Positions 11,081 through 21,728 of a DNA stretch of 64,000 nt are shown here, one piece after another. The DNA comes from Calcarisporiella thermophila CBS 279.70. Lineage: Eukaryota > Fungi > Calcarisporiellomycota. Within the stretch, counting starts at the first letter, position 1. Every line of letters starts with the position of its first letter. The notes below the pieces were generated by a model that searched no databases, was not told the origin of the DNA, and was given only the letters and a program-made list of their open reading frames with translations. Location of the stretch: NCBI RefSeq assembly GCF_041956535.1, contig NW_027192218.1, positions 139,728 through 203,727 on the forward strand. The letters run 5' to 3'. Made by a program: the position numbers and the translations under genes.

Positions 11081-14000
11081 TTAGGCGGAAAATAAAAACC
11101 CCTATAGCAGAAGAGAGTACAATAAGGTGGGATTAATTGAAATTGAAGATAATTCTCCATGGAAATTAATTAGCTCGCAATTGGCAAAAGATCAGTTACC
11201 TGTTTCGTCAAATAGGCTAGCACCCTCTCGTCCATCTCTCCCCTGGCATCCAGCCCCTTCAACATCGCCTTGAATTTCTCCTCGCTCTAAACCCGGAAAA
11301 GAATAGATATCAGGTTAGATCGAACCCTCCGCAGTGGGAACCGATTTCTGTTTTAAGTCATTCCACCAACCAATTCGCCCTTGGCCGCTTTCAAGTACTC
11401 CGCTAGCAATTTCGCCGCAGCAGGCACCGACTGGCTATCCTCCTCCAGAAGAGGTCGCGACATGCCCTCCACCTCGGGCAAGGTCAACCGTGCAGCTACG
11501 AGCAGTTGCCCCATGAAGGAGTACGCGCTTGGAACGTCGATGGCAATGTCCCCCACCATCTCCACGAGCTGCGCGAAAGCACTATGCACGGATGGTCGTG
11601 GGATGACTGCATTCTCCGCCACCTTATGCAGAACCTGACACGTGAGGGAAACATCTTCCTTCCGGCGCTCTATTGTGCTGTTAAGGAGAGCCGACAGGAA
11701 GCTAGTGTGCAGTAAGGGGTCCTCTAGATCTTCAATGAAATAAATAACCTCCTATGAACAGGGTAAATATATATATATGTGTGTGTGTATGAGTGCAGCG
11801 AATAAATAAATCAGCATATGAATTTGGTTATGGATTAAGAAATAGTCTGTGGCCACAGTCCCATCATCCACTAAGAATCGCCTACCTCAATATTTCGGAT
11901 ATTCCAAAATTCCTCCAGAGAGTTCTTTATCTTCTTTTCTGCCTCCTCTTTCGAATACTTAGAGCGAGTGGCGGGGGCCTGCCCTAGCTCGCCCGAGTCT
12001 GCCTGCGTCTGCTGGGGTTGCTGGTCGGGCAGGGGTTTGGTGCGAGGCAGGATGTTGAGCTTTTTGCGCTCCTGCGGAATAGCGGGCGCCGCTGGCTCGA
12101 CTTCACCACCGGCTAGGGCACTAAACATGTTGTTCGACCCTATCCCGCCGGGAGATGACTTCTCCTCTTTCCTCCCCTCACCCGCCGATGCCCCTCCAGG
12201 GGGGGCGTCCTTCTTTTTCGACGAGGCCGACAAACTTGCGAACACATTGCTCGACGACCCAGGACCCAAACCCAGCCCCCGCTGGAATTTGCTCCGATCC
12301 ACGCGGCCAAAGCCCCCCAAATCTCCGGCTTTGCGCTCGTTTCGTGCTCCCCCGCTGCCCTCTCGACCGCCTCCAACCGTATTCCACCCATCACCGCTAT
12401 TCTGGGACGTGGACGAACCCCGCTCTTTACTACCGCTGCCTCGGTGCGATGCAGACCGTGACAATTGCTGGGACAGATTGGGTAAACCTCGACAACCTGA
12501 GCTAGCGGACCGTTTGATTGCATTTTCACGCTCTCTGTCGCGCTCTTCCCGCGTCGCTGCCTCGTGGATTTGCGCTATTGTCTTGGGTGCGTTCGAGTCT
12601 CGTCTTGGAATCCAGCGGTTCACGCGCAGATCGATAACATCCATAAGCATGAACTTGATCCGGCTGGGGAGCTTTGGATTCTCGGTCAGCTGCTGGAGCC
12701 GGGCAATGTATTGCTCCATGATGTTGGGTCTGGCCTCGGGACGGTCGAGCTGTTTGCCAACCGTCGTCATGAGCTGGCACAGGCTCTCCATCTCCTCCTC
12801 CTCGGGGTCGGCCGTGTTCGCAAGCAATTTCTGGATGCACCCGTGCATGATCTTTTCCGTCAGCATGCTGAGCTTGAACAGCTCGCCAATGAACCGTATG
12901 AGACCGAGTCCCCTGCGTTTGGCTTTGACGGCAGCGTAGTATTCGTCCGACATGATGTCGACTTCCCCATTTTCTGTCTGTGGCACATCAAACTTCCACC
13001 CCCGTTCAAAGTCCTCTTGACACCGCGTCAGAAGATACTTACGGAACAGGTGTCCGCCCATCGTGGGGCGCCCATTCGGCATGAGCAGGCTCTCATCCTT
13101 CACCTCAGGGTGGACGCGTTCCATCATCCTTCGACAGAGCTGAGCATACATGGTCGCAAAGTTGGACTCGTCGGTTGCCTTCTCGAATACAAGCTGGATC
13201 ACGGATCGCAGCGATTCTCCGTCAGTCTCATTGCGAGAGCGGTTCGCAAACTCGATGATTTGCTCGGAAATGCTGTCAAACTTTTCAAGGGTCAGCTTGT
13301 TGAGAAGGGATTTCACTTTGCGCTGCATTATCTCGAGGGATAGTTGGTCGGTATCGGTCGTGGACGATGGCGACTTCTCGACCTGAACGGTCGGAACCCA
13401 TCTGTTCTCCGATTTTTGCAAAGGTGCGAAATCGGCCGGTGCCTGTTGATGGGTTTGGCCACCAGAGGAGTAATCCTTGGTCCCTTTCCGTGATCCCCCT
13501 CGTCCACTCCTTGACCGTGTCGAATTGATGCCACCCGTCGACAAGGCCGGGAGATTCATTTGGGAGCCACTGCTCATCGATCTCCCTATCGACGGTTTCC
13601 CGCCGCTCCCGATAGAGGAGTTGGTCGACGTCATTGAGAGGCGAGTTGACGACGACCCAAACCTATCATCGCCAGAGGAGAGGGTTGGAGTCTTGGGTAT
13701 GGATTTAAATTGGCCCATATCGGTTGGGTATTGAGCGAAGTTGGGGCTCTTAATCCCTCGGGTTCCGCTACTAGAGACCGTCCGCCTTGGGCCGCTAGGA
13801 GCTCCAGAAGAGAATGAGGAGGGGGGTTTGATGTCGACCATGGCATCCTCTGAAACTACCGATTCCACTGGCGGTAAATTCGATGGTCGGTCGCGGCATA
13901 ATGCCATGAACTGCATCAAAAAATCGCGGTTGTATTTGTATCTCCGACCACTTTCGCCTGGTGACCGAGGTGAAATGAGCGCGGTAGGACTCTCGGCCAT

Positions 14001-16226
14001 AGAAGAAGAGGTGCCGGCGCTTAACATCCCGTTTGTAGACCCTAGGGACAAGTTGAGCTTAGGTCGTTTTGTTTCCGCAGAAGTAGCCGACGTTTCGGAT
14101 TTATTGGTATTCTCGGCCGATGCTGCGGAATCTTTGTTGGCATGGTGATCAGTACCAAGTGAGGCATTTGCGTCCCCTTGTTTGCCCCTGGAAATGGGAT
14201 CTTGCGGCTCGCTCTCCAGTCGTTTCTCAGGTTCCTGCCTGGGGTGTGTTTTTTGCTCTTGTTTGATGCGTTCATGCTCTAAACTCTCTTCCTCTTGTTT
14301 TTTCTTTCTTTCTCGCTCTAATCTCTCCTGCTTTTCTTTCTCCTCTTGCTCCCTTCTTTCCTTCTCCTCTCGTTCTCTTCTCTCCCTTTCCTCTTGCTCT
14401 CTCTTCTCCTTTTCCTCCTGTTCTCTCTTTTCCTTTTCCTCCCGTTCTCTTCTCTCCTTCTCTTCCTTCTCACGTCTCGCTCTCTCCTCCCGCTCTCTTC
14501 TCTCCTTCTCCTCCCGCTCTCTTTCAATGCGTTCTTTTTCTTCCTTTTCCTTTTTCTCTCGCTCCTCTTTTTCCCGGCGCTCCTTTTCTTCACGCTCCCG
14601 CTCCCTTTCCAGAAGTTCCTTCTGCTCTCGTTCTTTTCTCTCCTGCTCCTCTCTCTGCTTCTCCTCACGGTCTCGTTTTTCCTTTTCCTCCCGCTCCAAC
14701 CGCTCCCTCTCTTCCCTCTCCTTTGTCTCTTCCTCTTCTCTCTCTCTCCTCTCATTTTCGCGCTTCTCTTTCCTCCCCCCCACTCAACTCGCCCTTCCTT
14801 TCCCTCTCTGCCCTCTCCAATTCTTCCTGCCGCTTTTTTTCCGCCTCTTTCCGTTCCCAAATCTCTAGTTCGTCCAACTCGCGCTCTTCTTCCTCCTCCT
14901 CTTCTCCTGGATGCATGAACTCGGGTCGCGACCCAGGATGGACGATAGGCACCGCTTTACTTGACTTGGGCGTCCCGGGAACATGAGGTGGGTTGGACGA
15001 GCGCGACATCCGGCTGTTTCCGGTGTTGCCAAGGGGTTGAGCATGGGGTATTGTGTGAGCATAGTGCGGATGCGGGGGATGAGGTATGGCTGGGTACATT
15101 GCAGGATGGCTAGGAAAGAATTGGGGAGATGTGCTATATGGGGCAGCAACGTACTGAAAGAGAGTAAATAGAACACCATGGTTAATCATCTATTAGCTGC
15201 TAAAGAAATAGGTCCAAATTACATATTGTTGCGCCCATGCTTGAGGTATGGCTGCAACCATCGGCTGCATGCTAGGTGATCCTTGAGCACTACCCATATG
15301 AGGCGAGTGTAGTCCAATGTGCACTCCTTTAGACGGATACGTGGATGTGGTTGCCATTGGCACGGGTCCTCCCTTTTGGTAAGGTGGCCGATGATGATGC
15401 GGCGAAGTTTGTGGATGAGGATAGTGTGGATGATACTGGTGCGTGTGATGCATATCGGATCCCTGTTCGTAACAAAGGGAGAGGGAGAAACCAATTAGTA
15501 TTTGATACCAGGAAGGGTTTGGATGCCGATACATATTCCTCAGGAGGAGGTGTCGGCGTAATTATGCCGAAAGCTGGCACTTTTCTTCCAGATACCTGTG
15601 GATAGAGCGGCATCGCGCCGCTTATAATCGGAGCATGCTGCACTGGGGATGAAGAAAGGGGAATAGGTGCTGCCTGATTAACGGACCCATATTGTACTGC
15701 GGCTATCAATGAGAACATGAGGTAAGTTTAGAAAGGATCTAGAGGAGAGAACAGTGTTAATTTGAAACAAATTCATACAACTTGCTTGCACATGTGTCGG
15801 GCGATGTGAATATTGGACACTGCCCCGGGGCCGGTATTGACCTCTTCTTGATCCGGTACCTGAATTGGGATGCCTGTTGATCATTACAATAAAGCAACAA
15901 GTTAAGGGATAATGGGACTAGGTGCTCATAGAGATTCGCACACATATAATAAGGCATAAAAATAAATGGCTAGAGAACTTGGAAAAAGGATACGAGTTGT
16001 GCATTCTAGGAGAGCCGTGAAATTTCCCTCCATTGATCGAAGCATTTCGAGCGCTTGCCAACGCAGAGTGCTGTGATGACGACGATGAAGATGAAGAGGT
16101 CGAGGAAGCGAAGTCTGCAGCAGGTGGTGTGGGCTGCTGAATAGATGGTGTCGATTTTGGATTGGCAACGGCAGGAGTGCTGTGCGATGAAGATTTCGTC
16201 TGGCTGGTTTGCGGCTGCTCGCTCAT
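11081..16226 (-). CDS. TIF4631: Translation initiation factor eIF4G (multi-exon; apparent frameshift at G7 run 14775-14781)
   Basis: eIF4E-binding YNRDFLM (YxxxxLphi), MIF4G domain (KVKSLLNKLTLEKF, FIGELFK, RIKFMLMDVIDLR) and C-terminal MA3 domain (IAIDVPSAY). Confidence 0.92.
14280..14905 (-). repeat. Low-complexity purine-rich coding repeat giving a Glu/Arg/Lys (ER/K) tract in eIF4G
   Basis: Imperfect EKEKREQEE/ERERRERE-type repeats; pyrimidine-rich on the + strand. Confidence 0.9.
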
Positions 16227-16559
16227 TAGTGCTTAAAGGCTGATGTCCATCCCATACAGTGGAGGCACGAAAAGAGCAGATTGTTTTGAGGGAGGAAAGA
16301 AAAGATGAAATCTGCTCTTAGTGATGGGGAAGAACAAGTGCAGACAACTACTCCTATTCTGCTCTAAAGTGGAGTGAAAAGATCCAATTTCTACTCTGGA
16401 TATTGCCTAAATGTCCAGAATCGCATGCCAACTTTCGGGCCGGCATCGAATGGGAGATCCGGTCAACCTCCCTTCAAATGCGACCAATTTTCTATTTGCC
16501 TGAAAATTGACCGACAAACCCCCCTTTCAAAGTGTGTCCATTTTATCACACTGAAAAGA

Positions 16560-18276
16560 ATGAATCATGACACAATGAACCATGTGGAAGAGCTGGTTTC
16601 ACTGTCCAAAAAAGTGCTCACGATTCTCCAGCAGCATTCTGAGCGTCTCCGACGCCAGCGATCGTCCAATGTTCATGAGGAGCCAATTGACAATGTGGAC
16701 TCAAATCAGCTCATCCAGGATCTGGCGTTGGCGGAGCGATCTCTTGATGTGCTCGAGGTTCGCCGACAGCTACGAACAGCGATAAACAAATTGGTGGAAT
16801 GCAACTTTCGTGTTCACAATTCTCCGTCCTCGGAGGGAGAAGCTCAATTACAATTAGCCATAGACAATTTACAATCGCTAATTCGCAAGGCAATACAAGG
16901 CAAGTAAAATTTCATCCACTCTCTATCAAACCGTTAGATACCCCCGTGATTAGCTTGTCCTTTGAACTTATGGTTCTCTCTGTAGTTGTAGGCGATGAAC
17001 ATTTCCGGTTTCTTCCTCCGGTTTCGACTCGTATAGAAGACGCCATCAATCAGACCCTTTACGAATCTCTTCCGTTCAATGGCATACCCTTACCTTATGA
17101 CATTAATACCGCACCTGCTTGTTCCATCACGAATCAAAGCCCCAAAATTGAACATACACGTGTTGTCTCAGCATCCTGCGTTTATTCGCAACAGAAAGAT
17201 AGCCAAAAAAGCCCCACAACGCGTCGTCGCTACACGGTGGATTCTGCGTGTGTCAACTCGGTGATTTCTGATATAGCCACAGAAGACTTGCGCCATCGAG
17301 TCCTTTCTGCCACGCATGATCGAACGGAAGAGATGGCGGAGCATCTTCATCAGGAGGAGCGGAGAGACGAAACAATCCCTTCTGATCCACTAGCATCAAC
17401 TGGAGATAGAGAACAGCACGTACACGAGTTAGAGTCTGCTGACCCCATTTTTTCTTCACCCCCCAAGCCTGAGACCAAAGAGACCAGGAGCACTCCTTGG
17501 CAACGGATGTCACGCTGCGGTAGTTCAGTCTCACTCTATTCACTTCCTACCAACTTTAGGGATGTGGACGATGGATTTTTTGGTGCCCATGTTGTAAGTT
17601 GGCAATGGATTTTAATTAGATATTAAATTTAGGACTAATGAGGAAGTTTTCACTTTATTCCTGATGTTGAAATCAGAGCGATGTGGATGACCGAGCCTCC
17701 ATCAATTCAATACCTGCCTCAACAACCAGTAGTATCTCACCACGACCAAACGCAATATACTTAATTAACAACCAAACACTACAAGCAGATGAATCTGCAG
17801 CGGTGTTTGCTCAAGAGGTAACCGTTGGAGAGCCGCTAAAGGTTGGCGATGGCTATCGAGGATACATCGTCTATACATGCACCGTCAAGAACAATACGGT
17901 ACGATGACTATTACTTTGAATTTGATGTGGAAAGCACCTAAAGATACCATTGACCCCACATGTAGGGTGCAAATATAGTTGTGCGGAAGCGCTATTCTGA
18001 TTTTGTGGCACTGCGAAACGCCCTTCTCAAGCAATACCCGTTTCTAAAAAAATCGGGCCTACCTCACTTGCCCCCCAAACGTGTTGTTGGTATGTGACTA
18101 GTCGTTGAGATTTGGACTGTTTATGTTGCTAATCTCCAACCTTTTCTTTCGTAGGCAAATTCAACGTCAAATTTATAGAGCATCGAAGAGGAGAACTCGA
18201 GTATTTCCTCTCCTACGTCCTTCTTCATCCAACACTTGGTTCGAGTGCCATCGTGTCACGATGGATGACGGGATGA
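16560..18276 (+). CDS. PX-domain protein, Ypt35-like (C-terminal PX)
   Basis: C-terminal YIVYTCTV..VRKRYSDFVALR..LPPKRVVGKFN..FIEHRRGELEYFL..HP. Intron 1 is GC-AG (16900-16985). Confidence 0.78.
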
Positions 18277-18490
18277 CCAGGAGGAATTATAAATACTGTT
18301 TCAAAGTTTATTTCATCTTGGATCCTTCACGTATGTCATTTTGTACTTACAGGTAATTTTGTTTCGTTAAGACTTTTTTTATTGCTCTATGGCAAACGGG
18401 TTGTTTTGTATTATTTTGATTTATGCATACCATACGACTTTTATACTGTATTTTTCTCTGGTCTATTTAAATTCTCCATAAACTTAATCA

Positions 18491-19334
18491 TTTCAGATGT
18501 AGAGCTTGAGCTCTAAATCATATTTAAAGACTTACTCTTATGAGCGTGTGTTCAATTCTAAAGGCTAGTTCGCAAATATGCTGTACTTAAAGTAATATCG
18601 CCACCCTATAAAATTAAGCATCTGAGACTCCTCAAAACACCCTGAGTTATTGATTATCGTTCGAGCCCCCGCACTCTGACTAGCGCTCAGTGCGCCGCCA
18701 GTTATCTGGTGATTCAGGGAAATACGGGTTCAAAACCCCTCTCCTATTGATTTTGGAGACGCAATATTCCTCCCCCTCCGAATCAGATTTAATAAATATG
18801 CGGAGTTTGAATAATGAAGAAAACTTTGTATTACCAGTAAAGATAAAAACTGATAAAGCATTTGAGGAATTGTCTATAATATAGACAATTCACAAGTTCA
18901 TATTATCAACTCAAAAAGATGGTGAAATAAATCCCCAGCTAGGAGGATAAAACACATTTCGATCCGATCTGGCCGACTCGTGGGAATATCCAACGAGGCG
19001 GATATTTCGGGCATTTCAGTTAAAAGTAGCCCTTCAATTGGGAAGCCGTGGCTTGTATCTCTTTATAGAAAGATATGCAGATCCAACCGATTTAGTTTGG
19101 CAATGGTCAAGGCCAGAGCGCCTCGATGGCAGCCGGGTTTCCCGCGAAGGCGGGAGCGAGAAGCTCAGTATGTGCAATGCACACTCCAATGGTATAGTAG
19201 CCGTGCATTTGCCTTCACACGGGCGACGTGTGGGCTCCCTCTTCAAGGCCAAGAAACGAATTGCCATGCAACGCTCCTATTCATATTTAGACAAGGCGTA
19301 CAAGAAACTGAACGGGGGTTACTTAGCATTTTGC
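18491..19334 (+). ncRNA. Candidate long structured non-coding RNA, unidentified class
   Basis: Many nested complementary segments read by eye, with G-U pairs that work only on the + strand (see findings). No credible ORF. Confidence 0.45.
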
Positions 19335-19823
19335 TTTCTCTCCATTGACTAGGATTGGTTTAGTACACTTTACTCAAAAATAATTGCATACATCAAGGTC
19401 TAAGGATCAGTGCGCATATGGTGATAGGAAGCACCGCGGTTTCTCCGCCCCTCCGGGAGGGTAGGAGGGACGAGCGGCGCAGGGTTCCAGGCGAAGAGAG
19501 AGTCGCAATATTTGTCGGGAAGAGAGAGAGGATAGAAGAGTAAATAATCATCCAGGTTCGAGCGATTTCATTGCACGGAAATTAAGGCATGATCAGAAAA
19601 GCTGCGGTTATCAAAACGCGCGCCTCTCGACTGAGTGGTGCCATATAATCTCAGCCAGTCGTTGAGGATTTAGAAAAATCTTGTTCTTCCTATCATTTAT
19701 TTATATTTTGGGTTGCTCGCCAGGCGGGAACATCTCTTCGATAGCTTTTTCCCCCTCCTCCCTTATATCTCTCCATTTCTCTTAATTCTCTATCCCCCTG
19801 TTCTCTGTATATAACTCTTCAAG

Positions 19824-21294
19824 ATGGTGTCTGTTCCTAACGGTAGCTACCCAAAGAATGTGGGTATCCTTGCCATGGAGATTTATTTCCCAAAGCGCTA
19901 TATTGACCAGGAGGAGCTCGAGAAATTTGATGGCGTATCCTCGGGCAAATACACCATTGGCCTTGGGCAATCCAAGATGGCCTTCTGCGATGACCGTGAG
20001 GGTAAGTTGGCCGCGATCTTTTCGAGAAAGAACGCGTATCTTTTAGATATTCGCTCTCCAAAGTGGATGGAATTAAATGCGCCGCACCTTCTGTAATCTC
20101 ACAGATATTCAGTCCATTTGCTTGACTGCCGTCCAGTCTTTAATGGAAAAGTACAACATCAGCTACAAAGACATTGGTCGCCTTGAAGTCGGCACCGAGA
20201 CCATCATCGACAAATCCAAGTCCGTAAAGTCCACCCTCATGCAGCTGTTTGTTGAATCCGGAAATTCCGAAGTGGAGGGTATCGATACTACTAATGCTTG
20301 CTACGGTGGAACTGCTGCTCTCTCCAACGCTATCAACTGGATCGAGTCGTCGTCTTGGGACGGTCGATATGCCCTGGTTGTTGCTGGTGACATTGCTGTT
20401 TACGCTTCTGGAAGCGCTCGTCCCACCGGAGGCGCCGGTTGCGTCGCCATGCTAATCGGCACTGATGCTCCCATCGTGTTCGAACGAGGCCTCCGAGCAA
20501 CTCATATGGAACATGTTTACGACTTCTACAAACCCGACCTTACTTCCGAATACCCTGTGGTCGATGGACATTTTTCAAACGTGTGCTACCTCCGGGGCTT
20601 CGACAATTGCTACAACCGGTATATGCAGCGACTGAGTGCGGCTGAGAAGGTCGAGAATCCCGATAGAAGACTGCTCGATTATGTTGTATTCCATTGCCCA
20701 TACACCAAGCTGGTCATCAAGACCGTGGGTCGCATGGCATACAACGATTTCCGCCGTAATCCTACGGATTCTCAGTACGAGGCCCTCCAGCAGTTCCGCG
20801 ATATCGACCTGGATTCTTCCTACTCCAATCGCGACCTCGAAAAGGCATTTATCGCGCACACCAAGTCCGACCTCGCTCAAAAGGTTGAACCCAGTCTTCT
20901 GGCATCGCGCAATATCGGCAACATGTACACCGCATCCGTGTACGCTTGTCTCGCGACACTAATTTCGCAGACCAGCTCCGAGGCCCTCCTCGGCAAGCGT
21001 ATTGCTTTGTTCTCGTACGGCTCCGGCGCTGCAGCCACCATGTTCTCTATGCGAGTGGTGGGATCAACGGCTGCCATGGCAAAACATCTCACTGTTGCGC
21101 AGCGTTTGAACTCCCGTGTACCGATGTCGCCCGAGACCTTCACCAAGCTCATGGCGCTGAGAGAAGAGACCCACAATGTCAAAGATTATGAGCCGGCCGG
21201 TTCGCTCGATGATCTTTTCCCGGGCACATATTATATCGAGAAGGTGGACGCCAAATACCGGCGCTTCTACAAACGTGTTGAAAGCTCAAACTAA
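19824..21294 (+). CDS. ERG13: Hydroxymethylglutaryl-CoA synthase, 2 exons
   Basis: GKYTIGLGQ, GRLEVGTET, NACYGGT (catalytic Cys), FHCPY, GNMYTAS and FSYGSG. Confidence 0.97.
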
Positions 21295-21728
21295 TCCCCT
21301 CCCCCCTCCTCCACTCTGTTTTTGTTATACTCGCAAAACCCACTACCTCATGCACGACACTTTTCTTGTGACTTCTTACGTTTCTTCTAGATGACCTTTG
21401 AATTTGAAGAGACTTTTTTCGTAACGTCTGTAGTTCATTTAGATGGATAATGAATGTTTGTTGTTTTTCACCTTTCTCTTTCTTAACGAACTCAACTTAT
21501 GGTTGGTCTTTTTTCATTTTCAACTTCTTTTTAGTAATATTAATCTACCTTTTTTTTTCTCCTCTCATATTTAAAGAAAGCTTTATAATCAGGATGTTAA
21601 TTGTAAAAAAAAAATTAAAATAAAAAAAAATGATACATTAAAGGTAGAGATGAGTAAAGAGTGGAAATGGTTAGTTTCGGATAGAGGTTAAGTTTGATTT
21701 TGACAATTGGCGAAAAAAAATCGAGGGG

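Noticed and set aside
18720-18770. TTCAAA loop as a tRNA-Sec anticodon arm
   Set aside because: No D arm, variable arm, T arm or acceptor stem can be built.
564-21294. Carotenoid oxygenase plus HMG-CoA synthase as a terpenoid gene cluster
   Set aside because: 17 kb apart with unrelated genes between them; no phytoene synthase or desaturase present.
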